From the NCBI GenBank assembly GCA_044344255.1, contig JBIJDH010000035.1:1-55881 (forward strand): a stretch of DNA of 55,881 nt, in the 5' to 3' direction. The position numbers and the translations under genes were made by a program. The stretch comes from Myxococcota bacterium. Its GTDB lineage: Bacteria > Myxococcota_A > UBA796 > UBA2385. Positions 38,828 to 54,021 of the stretch are shown here, one piece after another. The notes beneath the pieces are model-generated. The model was not told where the DNA came from. It saw nothing but the letters and a program-made list of their open reading frames with translations, and searched no databases. Positions within the stretch are counted from its first letter, which is position 1, and each line of letters opens with the position of its first letter.

Positions 38828-39864
38828 GCGATGAGCTCCGGCCGGAAGACGCGCGGATGGCCACCACGCTGGTGGAGCGGAGCCCCAACGGAATCCTCGT
38901 CACCGGCGCCGACGGCAAGATCCGAATGGTCAACCCGGCCCTCGGCCAGATGGTGCCCCTCGTCCCGCGGCCCGTCGGCCGGAGCCCGATGGAGGCCATC
39001 CCCGTCGAGCGGCTCGTCGAGGCCCTGGAGGCCAGCCGCACCGACGAGGTGGAATTCGCCTTCACGAGCGGCAACCGAGACCTCCTCGTGCGGGTGGTCC
39101 CCCTCGACCCCGAGGGCGGGCGCCTCGCGATCCTCCAAGATGTCACCCGCCTCCGCCGCGCCGAGCGGGCGCGGATGGACTTTGTCGCCGCCCTCTCCCA
39201 CGAGCTGCGCACGCCAGCGACCGCCATCGCCGGCTACGCCGAGACGCTGCTCGAGGAGGCGGAGCAGCTCGATCCGGTGATGATCTCGATGATCGAGGCC
39301 ATCCACCGTAACGGTAAGCGGCTGATGGAGATGTTCGACGACCTGCTCACGCTGGCCCGCCTCGACGCCCGTGACGGTCCCCTCCCCCTCTCCGACCTCG
39401 CGCTGGCGCCGATCGTCGCCGAGGCGGCCGACAAGGTCGCCCAGCTCGCCACCACCCGACGGGTGCACATCGAGGTCATCGTCCCGTCCTCGATCCGCGT
39501 CCGGGCCAACCGCGACGCCATGGGCCACATCGTGATGAACCTCCTCACGAACGCCGTGAAGTTCAGCTACGACGACGGCGTGGTCACCGTCCGCGCCCAC
39601 CCGCGAGATCGCTGGGTGTTGCTCGAGGTGATCGATCTCGGCGTCGGCATCGATCGGGCCCACCACGAGCGCATCTTCGAGCGCTTCTACCGGGTGGACA
39701 AGGGCCGCGCGCGCTCGGCCGGCGGCACCGGCCTTGGGCTGGCCATCGTCAAGAAGCTCGTAGACAACATGGGCGCGGCGATCGAGGTGAAGAGCAAGCC
39801 CGGCTCGGGCAGCGTCTTCCGGGTCCTCCTCAGCCCTTCTCACACGATGGCCGAGGGAGGCTGA
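38824..39864 (+). CDS. PhoR-like PAS histidine kinase without TM segments
   Basis: PAS, DF.A.LSHELRTP, NL..NAVK, IFERFYRVDKGR.R..GGTGLGLAI. GTGA overlap with the regulator. Confidence 0.92.
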   Translation: MSDELRPEDARMATTLVERSPNGILVTGADGKIRMVNPALGQMVPLVPRPVGRSPMEAIPVERLVEALEASRTDEVEFAFTSGNRDLLVRVVPLDPEGGRLAILQDVTRLRRAERARMDFVAALSHELRTPATAIAGYAETLLEEAEQLDPVMISMIEAIHRNGKRLMEMFDDLLTLARLDARDGPLPLSDLALAPIVAEAADKVAQLATTRRVHIEVIVPSSIRVRANRDAMGHIVMNLLTNAVKFSYDDGVVTVRAHPRDRWVLLEVIDLGVGIDRAHHERIFERFYRVDKGRARSAGGTGLGLAIVKKLVDNMGAAIEVKSKPGSGSVFRVLLSPSHTMAEGG

Positions 39865-39866
39865 GC

Positions 39867-41636
39867 ATGGCGACCTACGGCGGGCGACGGGTGGCGATCT
39901 TCGGCGGCGGCGTCGGCGGGCTGAGCGCCGCCCACGAGCTCGCCGAGCGCGGCTTCCAGGTCACGGTCTACGAGAACCACACCTGGCTCGGCGGCAAGGC
40001 GGCCAGCCAGTTCATCCCTGGCACCGGCACCGGCGGGCGGCGCGATCTCCCCGGTGAGCACGGATTCCGCTTCTACCCAGGCTTTTATCGCAACCTCGTC
40101 GACACCATGGCCCGGATCCCCACCGAGCCCGGCCGCTCGGTGGCCGACCGCCTGCTCTCGAGCGATGAGGCCGGGGTGGCCGCCGAAGACGATCGGCCGA
40201 TCCTCTCCTTTCCTCGCCGTAAGTCGGCCAGCTTGACCGCGGTGGTCGACGGCCTCCAGGCCGCCTTTCAGGCCCTCCACCCCACCGAGGCCGACATGGC
40301 GCGCTTCGCCTGGCGGATCCTCGTCTACTTGACGAGCTGCCGCGAGCGTCGCTCTGTTCAGTATGAGCAGATGAGCTGGTGGGACTTCTTGGAAGGGGAC
40401 AAGTACTCCGCCGAGTTCGGCCGCTACGTGAAGTCGGTGCCGCGCACCATGGTCTCGATGAAGTGCGAGGAGGGGAGCGCCTGGACGATCGGCGACATCT
40501 CGATGCAGCTCATCCTCGACTACGGTGAGCGCGAGTCGCAGAATGACCGCACCCTCGACGGGCCCACCACCGAGCGCTGGCTCGAGCCCTGGGAGGCCCA
40601 CCTCCGCCGCCTGGGCGTCCAGTTCGTCTTCGGGAATCGCCTCCGCACCTTCGAGATCACCAACGGTCGTGTCTCCGGGGCCCTGCTCCTCGACGGGAGC
40701 CGTGTCTCTGCGGACTGGTACATCGCCGCGCTCCCCGTGGGCGCGTTGCAGAAGATTGTCACCCCGGAGCTCGCGGCCCTCGACCCCAAGATGGCCCGCC
40801 TCAAGGCCACCGACGTCAACAAGCTCACGGCCTGGATGAGCGGCGCCCAGTACTTCCTCCGGCAGGACGTGCCGATGGTGCGGGGCCACGTCTTCTACCC
40901 GGACTCCGAGTGGGCGCTGACGAGCATCTCCGTCGGAGAATTCTGGGCCAGCGCCGGGCGGCCCTTCGAGCGCCTCTACGGGGACGGCGCGGTCCACGGG
41001 ATGCTCACGGTCGACATCGCCGACTGGACCACGAAGAGCCGCCACACGGGCCGTTCGGCGATGGAGACCCCCTCCGCCGATGCCATCCTCGACGAGGTCT
41101 GGCGCCAGCTCAAGGCCGGCCTCAACACGCGCACCACCACGATGCTCCGCGACGAGAACGTGGTCAGCCGTCACCTCGATCGCGCGGTCTGGTTCCCGGA
41201 GAGCGAGCGCGGCCGGATGCCCTACCTGCACGCCCCCTTGCTCGTCAGCCCGCCGGGCTCCTGGTCACTGCGGCCGAGCGCGGCGAGCAAGGTCCCGAAC
41301 CTCTTCCTCGCCTCGGACTGGGTGCGCACCGAGACCAAGCTCGCCTCGATGGAGGGGGCCAACGAGGCCGCCCGCCGCGCGGTCAACGCCCTGCTCGACC
41401 GCTGTGGCAGCAGCGCTCCCCGCGCCCGCACCTGGGGCCTCGACGAGCCGGCGATCTTCGACCGCGCCAAGGAGATCGACCGCGAGCGCTTCTCGCACAA
41501 CAAGCCCCACCTGCTCGAACAGGTGGAGGACCTCGGCGAGCGGCTGGCCTCCCCCTTCCGTCGGCAGGGCCGAGGTGGCGACACGCACACCCTGTCCGGC
41601 GTGCGGGCGCTCGAGCGGATCGCAGGCAGCCTCTGA
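39867..41636 (+). CDS. FAD-dependent oxidoreductase (carotenoid desaturase/HpnE-like amine-oxidase family)
   Basis: GGGVGGL.AA, LGGKA, PGEHGFRFYPGFY, NLFLASD.V.T...ASMEGANE. Confidence 0.85.
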   Translation: MATYGGRRVAIFGGGVGGLSAAHELAERGFQVTVYENHTWLGGKAASQFIPGTGTGGRRDLPGEHGFRFYPGFYRNLVDTMARIPTEPGRSVADRLLSSDEAGVAAEDDRPILSFPRRKSASLTAVVDGLQAAFQALHPTEADMARFAWRILVYLTSCRERRSVQYEQMSWWDFLEGDKYSAEFGRYVKSVPRTMVSMKCEEGSAWTIGDISMQLILDYGERESQNDRTLDGPTTERWLEPWEAHLRRLGVQFVFGNRLRTFEITNGRVSGALLLDGSRVSADWYIAALPVGALQKIVTPELAALDPKMARLKATDVNKLTAWMSGAQYFLRQDVPMVRGHVFYPDSEWALTSISVGEFWASAGRPFERLYGDGAVHGMLTVDIADWTTKSRHTGRSAMETPSADAILDEVWRQLKAGLNTRTTTMLRDENVVSRHLDRAVWFPESERGRMPYLHAPLLVSPPGSWSLRPSAASKVPNLFLASDWVRTETKLASMEGANEAARRAVNALLDRCGSSAPRARTWGLDEPAIFDRAKEIDRERFSHNKPHLLEQVEDLGERLASPFRRQGRGGDTHTLSGVRALERIAGSL

Positions 41637-41666
41637 GCCTGCGGCCCCGCCGCGTCGCCCTGCCCC

Positions 41667-43442
41667 CTATCGGGGTCGCGCGGGCAGCCGCATGAGGGCG
41701 GGGATGGGGTCGAGGGCGGGCATCACGGCCGCGGCGGGAAGGATCCCGACGCGGACGGGCCGCATGGCGCGTGCGTGGGTCGCCGCGGGGGGCTGGCGGG
41801 TGCCGACGAAGCCCCGGTTTCGGACATACTTGTTGGGGGTGCCGTCGGCCCCGTCGATGAAGGTGATGTCGTAGTCCACCGAGGCGATCGACATCATGAA
41901 CAGATCGGCGGCGACGGGCGTGAGCGTGCGCTTGTAGGAGATGCCGTGCTCGGTGAGCACGGGGGCATCCACCTTGAGCGACTCTCCCTCCACTGTGACC
42001 GTGATCTCTCCGAGGGTGATGGGATCGAGGTAGACGCCCGCGTAGGTGTCGAGCGGATCGGGCTCCATCGGCAGGGGAGGCGCCTCGACCGGCTCCGGCA
42101 GCTCGGCGAGGGTGGTGAAGGCAGCCACCACGCTGCCGCCGAAGTTGTCGCCGTAGCCGTTGCTCAGGATGGCCAGCACGAACTCCTGCTCGGGCAGGAC
42201 GTAGAACGTGGAGGTCTGGCTCAGCGTGTTGCCGCCGTGAGACCAGATCGGCGTCGCGTAATAGTCATCTCCCATATTCAGCCCGGCGCTGATGAACAGT
42301 CCGTAACCATAGGCCGTGTAGTCGGCGCCGAAGGCGGGGTAGACCGCCACCTGCGCGGTGGTGATCCGCGCCCGGTCAAGGTCCGACAGGACCACCTCGT
42401 CGCCGCGGAGGAGGAAGTCGCCGAGGCGGGCCATGTCCGTGGCGGTCGACCAGACCATCCCCGCCGGCCGGGTGAAGCCGTTGTCGGCGGAGTCGGCCAT
42501 CTCGACGGTGCCGAAGGTGTAGTCCTCGGCCTCCGTGGACCAGCTCTGCCAGGGGTCGAGGCTGTCCCAGCTCCCCGTAAAGGTGTAGCCGGTGCCGCTC
42601 GCGTAGTCGCCGTCGGCCTCGACGCTGGCCTGTCGGGCGAAGGTGCGCGACAGGCCCAAGGGAGCGAAGATGTCCTCCTCCACGATGTCGGCCCAGGGGC
42701 GGCCGTCGGCCTGCTCGGTGGCGAGCCCCGCCAGAGAGAAGTTCGGGTTGGAGTAGTTCCACATGGCACCACCGGGGGCCATCGCGCCCACCTCGGCGGC
42801 GACGTCGCCGTAGGTGATGGCGGCGAGCGCGGTGTCCTCGGGGGCGTCGTACCAGGGCGTGAAGTCCCAGAGGCCGCCCTGGTGTGAGAGGAGCTCGTGG
42901 AGCGTGGTCTCCGCGGCCCACTCGGGCGACCGGGCGAGGGCGAGCGCAGGCAGGGTGGTCGTGAGCGGCGCGTCGAGGTCGAGCCGCCCCCGCGCCGCCT
43001 GCTGGAGGGCGGCGATGGCGGTGATCTTCTTGGTGTCGGAGCCGATGGCGAAGAGCGTTTCGACCCCCACGGGCTCGTCGCGGTCCGGGTGGGCGCTCCC
43101 GAAGCCCTCGGCGAAGATCAGCTCCCCGTGGTGGTAGATGGCCACCGAGGCGCCGGTGCTGCGGCTGTGGTTGATGTCATCGAGGACCGCCGCGCGGAGC
43201 GCGTCGAAGCGGGGGTCCGGGGCGCCTGTGTCACCGACGCCGGAGTCACCGCCGCCGGAGTCACCACCGCCGTCCGACCCGTCGGCGCCATCCGTCCCAT
43301 CGGCCCCGTCGGTCCCGTCCGCGCCATCAGCGCCCTGCGGCGTGGTCTCTGTGGACTGCGGCGAAGACGGAGGGGCGCCTGGCTCGCAGGCCACACCCAG
43401 CAAGCACAGCACCGACCAGAACTTCAGCTTGGATTGACCCAT
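41667..43442 (-). CDS. Beta-lactamase-family serine hydrolase lipoprotein
   Basis: Lipobox GVAC, G-A/T-D repeats, SxxK (SDTK), YSN, HGG. Confidence 0.9.
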   Translation of the reverse strand: MGQSKLKFWSVLCLLGVACEPGAPPSSPQSTETTPQGADGADGTDGADGTDGADGSDGGGDSGGGDSGVGDTGAPDPRFDALRAAVLDDINHSRSTGASVAIYHHGELIFAEGFGSAHPDRDEPVGVETLFAIGSDTKKITAIAALQQAARGRLDLDAPLTTTLPALALARSPEWAAETTLHELLSHQGGLWDFTPWYDAPEDTALAAITYGDVAAEVGAMAPGGAMWNYSNPNFSLAGLATEQADGRPWADIVEEDIFAPLGLSRTFARQASVEADGDYASGTGYTFTGSWDSLDPWQSWSTEAEDYTFGTVEMADSADNGFTRPAGMVWSTATDMARLGDFLLRGDEVVLSDLDRARITTAQVAVYPAFGADYTAYGYGLFISAGLNMGDDYYATPIWSHGGNTLSQTSTFYVLPEQEFVLAILSNGYGDNFGGSVVAAFTTLAELPEPVEAPPLPMEPDPLDTYAGVYLDPITLGEITVTVEGESLKVDAPVLTEHGISYKRTLTPVAADLFMMSIASVDYDITFIDGADGTPNKYVRNRGFVGTRQPPAATHARAMRPVRVGILPAAAVMPALDPIPALMRLPARPR

Positions 43443-43558
43443 CGCGGACCCCACTTTGCCAAGTCATACCTCGCGGTCGGCTCGACCGCTGCGCCCGCGC
43501 ATGCCTCCAGTGCCCAGCCGCGGTCGACTGTGAAGGGGGCATCCGCTACGCTGCCTCC

Positions 43559-44851
43559 ATGTCCCCTCCTCATCCCCACCTCGACCACCTGCTCCCCGCC
43601 GCGCTCGCGGGCGCGCTCTCCCTCGCAGGCGGCCTCGTCGCCTGTCGTGACAAGGGGGATGAGACCGGCGGCGACACCCTCGATGAGGTCGACTGGTTCA
43701 ACCCAGCCGGGGCCGAAGATCCCGCAGGGTGGCGCCAGTACAGGAAGGACGCCACCCACCAAGGCGTGGCCCCTGTCGGTGCCCACCTCTCCCCGGCGAT
43801 GGAGCTCATGTGGAGCACGGAGGCCTACGCCATCGGAGACTACTCGGCCTCCAAGTCCTCTCCCGTGGTCGATGACACCGGTGTCTACGTCGGCTTTGAC
43901 GACGGCCGCCTCCTGGCGCTCGACCGCGACACCGGCGCCCTCCGCTGGGCCTTCGAGACCCGGCGTTACGCCGTGGAGCTCGGCGAGGACAGCTCGGAGC
44001 ACCATGGGATCCACGGCACCCCAGCCGTCGACGACGAGCAGGTCTACATCGGGGACTACTCGGGCTGGCTGTACGCCCTCGATAAGGAGACGGGGGCGCT
44101 GCGCTGGGAGCAGAAGCTCGGGGGCTCGATCGGCGCCTCCCCCGTGCTCTTCCAGGGCCAGATCTTCATGGCGGTCGAGTTCGGAGATCCCGACGGCAAG
44201 GTCTTCATCGTCGACGCGGCCAGCGGGGAGATCCGCTGGAGCTCGCCCTACCTGGGCAACCACCCCCACGCCTCGGTCTCCCTCGACACGACCCGCGGGC
44301 TCGCCTACGTCGGCGCGAACAATGGTCGGTTTTTTTGTTACGACTATCAGACCGGCGAACAGCGTTGGACCTTTGACATGGTGGAGGGCGCCGAGATCAA
44401 GTCCACCGCCGCCGTGGGTGACGGCACCGTCTGGATCACGTCCTGGGACTACCGCCTCTACGCCCTCGACGCCGAGACGGGGGAGGAGCGCTACCACGTC
44501 GAGAGCGGGGCCCGCTCGATGTCCTCCCCGAGCGCACACGACGGCACCGTCTACTTCGGCTCGCACGACAACCAGCTCTACGCCGTCGACGATGACACCG
44601 GCCTCCCCCGCTGGACCTTCGACGCGGGCGGCGTCATCATCTCCTCACCCACGGTGGTCCCCGACTCCGGCCTCGTGGCCATCGGCTCCGGAGACCGCTC
44701 CGTCTACCTGCTGCGGACCGACACCGGAGCGGTCGCCTGGAGCGCGCCCCTCGGCGGCATCGTCTCCTCCGTCCCGCTCGTCATCGGCGGCAGCCTCTTC
44801 CTGAGCGACGCCGCCGGCCAGGTCTGGCGATGGGATGACGCGGCCCCCTGA
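43559..44851 (+). CDS. PQQ-like beta-propeller repeat lipoprotein (BamB-like)
   Basis: LVAC lipobox; repeated SSP.V....VY.G..DG.LYALD..TG...W. Confidence 0.88.
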   Translation: MSPPHPHLDHLLPAALAGALSLAGGLVACRDKGDETGGDTLDEVDWFNPAGAEDPAGWRQYRKDATHQGVAPVGAHLSPAMELMWSTEAYAIGDYSASKSSPVVDDTGVYVGFDDGRLLALDRDTGALRWAFETRRYAVELGEDSSEHHGIHGTPAVDDEQVYIGDYSGWLYALDKETGALRWEQKLGGSIGASPVLFQGQIFMAVEFGDPDGKVFIVDAASGEIRWSSPYLGNHPHASVSLDTTRGLAYVGANNGRFFCYDYQTGEQRWTFDMVEGAEIKSTAAVGDGTVWITSWDYRLYALDAETGEERYHVESGARSMSSPSAHDGTVYFGSHDNQLYAVDDDTGLPRWTFDAGGVIISSPTVVPDSGLVAIGSGDRSVYLLRTDTGAVAWSAPLGGIVSSVPLVIGGSLFLSDAAGQVWRWDDAAP

Positions 44852-44889
44852 GCGCCGGGGCCTCTCACCCGGAGGCCGCGCCCCGCGGA

Positions 44890-47256
44890 TCACGCATGGA
44901 CAAAGGCCGCGAGGTGCTGGCCGGTCAGGGTCGAGCGCGCGGCGACGAGCTCGGCCGGGGTGCCCTCGAAGACGACGCGCCCCCCGTCGTGGCCCGCGCC
45001 CGGCCCGAGGTCGATGATCCAGTCGGCATGGGCCATCACGGCCTGGTGGTGCTCGATTACGATCACGGACTTCCCGGAGTCGACCAGCCGATCGAGGACG
45101 GCGAGGAGCTGCTGCAGATCGGCGAGGTGCAGGCCGGTCGTCGGCTCATCGAGCACGTAGACCCCGCCCTCGTCCGCCATCTGGGTCGCGAGCTTGAGGC
45201 GCTGGCGCTCGCCGCCCGACAGGGTGGTCAGCGGCTGCCCGAGCCGCAGGTAGCCGAGCCCCACGTCGGCGAGCCGCTTGAGGATGGCCTGCGCGGCCGG
45301 GGTCTTGGCCTTCCCTGCGCCGAAGAAGACCGCCGCCTCGGCGACGGGCAGGTCGAGCACCTCGGCGATGTTGAGCCCGCCGAGCCGATAGTCCAGCACC
45401 GATGCGTGAAAGCGCTTGCCCTCACAGTCGAGGCAGACCGTGGTGACGCCGGCCATCATCCCGAGGTCGGTGTAGATCACCCCGGCGCCGTTGCAGCCCG
45501 GGCAGGCCCCCTCCGAGTTGGCGCTGAAGAGCGCGGGCTTCACCCCGTTGGCCTTCGCGAAGGCGGCGCGGATGGGGTCCAGCAGGCCGCTGTAGGTCGC
45601 GGGGTTGCTGCGCCGTGAGCCGCGGATGGCGGCCTGATCGACGGCGACCACCCCGGCCCGCCCGGACACCGAGCCGTGGATGAGCGAGCTCTTGCCCGAC
45701 CCCGCCACGCCCGTCACCACGACGAGCACGCCGAGCGGGATGTCGACGTCGACGCCTTGAAGGTTGTGTCGGCGGGCGCCGCGCACGGGCAACGCGCCGG
45801 TCGACCGCCGCACCGCGCGCTTGAGGGTGGGGCGGTCGGAGAGGTGGCGGCCGGTGAGCGTCCCGCTGGCCCGCAGGCCCTCCACGGTGCCCGAGTAGAC
45901 CACCTCGCCGCCCGCCGTGCCGGCCCCGGGGCCGAGGTCGACCACGTGATCGGCGATCACGATGACCTCGGGCTTGTGCTCGACGACGAGGACGGTGTTT
46001 CCTTTGTCTCGCAGCCGGAGGAGCAGCTCGTTCATTCGCTGGATGTCGTGGGGGTGGAGCCCGACCGTCGGCTCGTCGAAGACGTAGGTGACGTCGGTGA
46101 GCGAGGAGCCGAGGTGGCGGATCATCTTGGTCCGCTGCGCCTCACCGCCGGACAGCGTGCCGGTGGGCCGGTCAAGGCTCAGGTATCCGAGGCCGATCTC
46201 CACGAAGGACTCGAGGAGCAGCCGCAAGGAGCCGAGCAGCGGCGCCACCGTGGGCTCCTCCAGCCCGCGCAGCCAGGCGGCGAGATCGCTGATCTGCATC
46301 GCGCAGGCCTCGGCGATGTTGATCCCGTGGATCTTCGCCGCCCGTGCCGGCGCGGCGAGCCGGGTGCCGCCACAGTCGGGGCAGGGCGTGAACGTCACCA
46401 CCCGCTCGACGAAGGCGCGGATGTGCGGCTGCATCGCGTCTACGTCCTTCGACAGGTACGACTTCTGGATGTTCGGGATGAGCCCCGTGTAGGTGAGGTT
46501 GATACCCTCGACCTTGATCTTCGTCGCCTCTCTGTACAGGAGGTCGTCGAGCTCCTTCTTCGAGTATTCGCGGATCGGCTTGTCGGGGTCAAAGTAGCCG
46601 CAGCCGCGAAAGATGCGCCCGAACCAGCCGTCCATGCTGTAGCCAGGGATGCGGAGCGCCCCCTCGTTCAGCGACTTCTGGTCGTCGTAGAGCTCCTTCA
46701 GGTCAAAGTCGCTGACGGAGCCCATCCCCTCGCAGCGCGGGCACATCCCGCCGTTGACCTCGAAGGTCTTCACCTCCGTCTTCTTGACGCCCGCCTTCTC
46801 GACCGAGATCGAACCGGCCCCGCGGACCGACGGCACGTTGAAGGAGAAGGCGTTGGGAGAGCCGGCGTAGGGCTGCCCCAGGCGGCTGAACAAGACCCGC
46901 AACATCGCGTGGGCGTCCGTCGCCGTGCCCACGGTGGAGCGGGCGTTGGCGCCCATCCGCTCTTGATCGACGATGATCGCGGTGGTGAGGCCCTCGAGGA
47001 GGTCAACCTCTGGCCTGGACTGCGTGGGCATGAAGCCCTGCACGAAGGTGCTGTACGTCTCGTTGATCATCCGCTGCGACTCGGCCGCGATGGTGCCAAA
47101 GACCAGGGAGGACTTGCCCGACCCCGACACTCCGGTGAACACGGTCAGCCGCCGCTTGGGGAGCTCGAGGTAGATGTCCTTCAGGTTGTTCTCGCGGGCG
47201 CCCTGGACCCGGATCAGGTCGTGGCTGTCGGCGCGGTGCGGGCTCGAAGGCGGCAT
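44890..47256 (-). CDS. Class II UvrA-like ABC ATPase (UvrA2/DrrC-like)
   Basis: GARENNLK, two Walker A (GVSGSGKS, GVAGSGKS), two LSGGE, CxxC pairs. At 788 aa it is shorter than canonical UvrA. Confidence 0.92.
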   Translation of the reverse strand: MPPSSPHRADSHDLIRVQGARENNLKDIYLELPKRRLTVFTGVSGSGKSSLVFGTIAAESQRMINETYSTFVQGFMPTQSRPEVDLLEGLTTAIIVDQERMGANARSTVGTATDAHAMLRVLFSRLGQPYAGSPNAFSFNVPSVRGAGSISVEKAGVKKTEVKTFEVNGGMCPRCEGMGSVSDFDLKELYDDQKSLNEGALRIPGYSMDGWFGRIFRGCGYFDPDKPIREYSKKELDDLLYREATKIKVEGINLTYTGLIPNIQKSYLSKDVDAMQPHIRAFVERVVTFTPCPDCGGTRLAAPARAAKIHGINIAEACAMQISDLAAWLRGLEEPTVAPLLGSLRLLLESFVEIGLGYLSLDRPTGTLSGGEAQRTKMIRHLGSSLTDVTYVFDEPTVGLHPHDIQRMNELLLRLRDKGNTVLVVEHKPEVIVIADHVVDLGPGAGTAGGEVVYSGTVEGLRASGTLTGRHLSDRPTLKRAVRRSTGALPVRGARRHNLQGVDVDIPLGVLVVVTGVAGSGKSSLIHGSVSGRAGVVAVDQAAIRGSRRSNPATYSGLLDPIRAAFAKANGVKPALFSANSEGACPGCNGAGVIYTDLGMMAGVTTVCLDCEGKRFHASVLDYRLGGLNIAEVLDLPVAEAAVFFGAGKAKTPAAQAILKRLADVGLGYLRLGQPLTTLSGGERQRLKLATQMADEGGVYVLDEPTTGLHLADLQQLLAVLDRLVDSGKSVIVIEHHQAVMAHADWIIDLGPGAGHDGGRVVFEGTPAELVAARSTLTGQHLAAFVHA

Positions 47257-47339
47257 CGTGGGCGTCCTCTCGCGGTCGGAGCTCCAGATCCGCCACGGAC
47301 CTCTCTCCGGACCTCCGCACCGCGTTATCCCGCCCGCTG

Positions 47340-48068
47340 ATGCGCGCCGCCTTCGTCTCCGATGCCCACCTCACCGCGCTCGACGACCCCGCCCAGCGCG
47401 ACCTCGTCACCTGGATGGACGGCCTCGAGGTCGACGCCCTCTACATCCTCGGCGACCTCTTTCATCACTGGTGGGGCTACGCCGACGTCATCTGGGCACC
47501 CTACGTGCCCGTCTGCGCGGCGCTGCACCGCCTCTCCCGACGCGGCGTGGTCATCACGATGGTGGCCGGCAACCACGACTTCGCGCTCGGCTCCTTCCTC
47601 CGCGACGCGGTGGGCATCCTCGAGGAGCCGGCCCACCTCGCGCAGCTCGACGGCCCTCGCCTCTTCCTCGCCCATGGCGACGAGGCCGACCGATCCCCGG
47701 CCTACGCCCGCGCCCGTCGCCTCCTGCGGGGCCAGCCCTTCGCGGGGCTGATGCGCCTCCTCGGCCCGGCCCGCGGCCACGCCCTCATCCGACGGCTCGC
47801 CCACGAGAGCCGCCTACGTCCCGAGCATCAGGCCCGCCTGCTCGACCAGCAGGTGAACTGGGCCCGGGAGCGCCTCCGCGAAGGGGCCGACGCAGTGCTG
47901 ATGGGGCACGCCCACCACCCCCTGATCCGGCGAGACGCCGCCGGCCTCATCGTGCACCTCGGCGACTGGTCGTCGCGCCGGAGCTGGGCGAAGCTCGACG
48001 GGGAGCACCTCCGCCTGTGGGCCGACGGTGTGCTCCAGGACGAGGTCGAGCTGCGGCGCGGTGCCTGA
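47340..48068 (+). CDS. lpxH: UDP-2,3-diacylglucosamine hydrolase-like metallophosphoesterase
   Basis: SDAH, LGDLF..W.G, GNHD, HGD, GHAH, LGDW. Confidence 0.8.
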   Translation: MRAAFVSDAHLTALDDPAQRDLVTWMDGLEVDALYILGDLFHHWWGYADVIWAPYVPVCAALHRLSRRGVVITMVAGNHDFALGSFLRDAVGILEEPAHLAQLDGPRLFLAHGDEADRSPAYARARRLLRGQPFAGLMRLLGPARGHALIRRLAHESRLRPEHQARLLDQQVNWARERLREGADAVLMGHAHHPLIRRDAAGLIVHLGDWSSRRSWAKLDGEHLRLWADGVLQDEVELRRGA

Positions 48069-48180
48069 GCTCGGCGCCCCGCCGGGCCCGAGACCTTGGT
48101 GCCGCTGTGTGAAATTTGCGCCGGGCGGCCCTCCGGCGCTTGTGGTTCCGCTCGCCTCCCCTTAGTCTCGTGCCACGCTA

Positions 48181-48196
48181 GACTGACGTGTCAGTC
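48181..48196. promoter_or_regulatory. Palindrome GACTGAC-GT-GTCAGTC, candidate operator
   Basis: Perfect 7-bp arms overlapping a TAGACT -10-like hexamer (48179-48184) upstream of the activase operon. Confidence 0.45.
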
Positions 48197-48258
48197 ACCC
48201 TCGGTCCCGCACAGCTCGTCCGCAGCCGCACCTTCTGCAACCTTGGCAGGTCTACCCC

Positions 48259-51816
<3,558 letters not shown>

Positions 51817-51900
51817 GCCCCGCGGTTTCAGTCCCCTCCCCTTTTCTGTCTTTTTTTCTATCCAGTTTTCCTATCTTCATTCACCGCCCGGAGACAGCCC

Positions 51901-53478
<1,578 letters not shown>

Positions 53479-53496
53479 GCGTCGGGTGACAGAGTG

Positions 53497-53534
53497 AGGG
53501 GGGAGTCACCGGAGTGGGTGGCTCCCCCTTCTTC
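53497..53534 (+). terminator. Rho-independent terminator
   Basis: Stem GGGGGAGTCACC / GGTGGCTCCCCC followed by TTCTTC, right after the dehydratase stop. Confidence 0.7.
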
Positions 53535-53675
53535 GTGGATAGGGCCTGCAGCACGACGGAGTAGACGACCGATGCGGCTGCGGTCGGTGGGGATCGGAGC
53601 CCCACCCACCTCGCGCGTGATCTCCGGTCTGCTGACCGCCCGAGGACCTCCCGATCACGAGCACCACGTCGAGGT

Positions 53676-53751
53676 CCGGGTCCTCCAGACCGGGTCCTCC
53701 AGACCGGGTCCTCCAGACCGGGTCCTCCAGACCGGGTCCTCCAGACCGGGT
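53676..53751. repeat. 14-bp perfect tandem repeat (CCGGGTCCTCCAGA) x5 plus a partial copy
   Basis: Units start at 53676, 53690, 53704, 53718 and 53732; partial at 53746; no spacers. Confidence 0.95.
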
Positions 53752-54021
53752 GTAGCACAACATGCACGCGGGGCCGGAGAGTAGAACCTCGCCTTATTCC
53801 AATATTTTGCCGAGTTTGAGGCCTCAACGGGGCAGCAGACCGGTGCCAACCCCTTGCGCAAGTCGGTGGCCGCCGGGTAGCCTTCCGGGGTGGACTCCGG
53901 CCAACAGCGTTCATCCTACCTATCCCCTCCCCCACCCGTGTGGACACCGCCAGTGGCGAGCTGTTCGTTTGAGTGGTCAGTCCTACCGCTGGAACCGCCC
54001 CGCATCGTGTTTTCCGTGAGG

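Noticed and set aside
43245..43340. G-A-D / G-D-S repeats as a DNA repeat element
   Set aside because: A degenerate protein-level linker of the lipoprotein; codons vary.
53676..53751. Possible CRISPR array
   Set aside because: Units are 14 bp, contiguous and spacer-less, and no cas genes are present.
53835..53848. Minus-strand TGGCAC...TGC as a sigma54 promoter
   Set aside because: GG-to-GC spacing is 9 rather than 10 nt, and no gene lies downstream.
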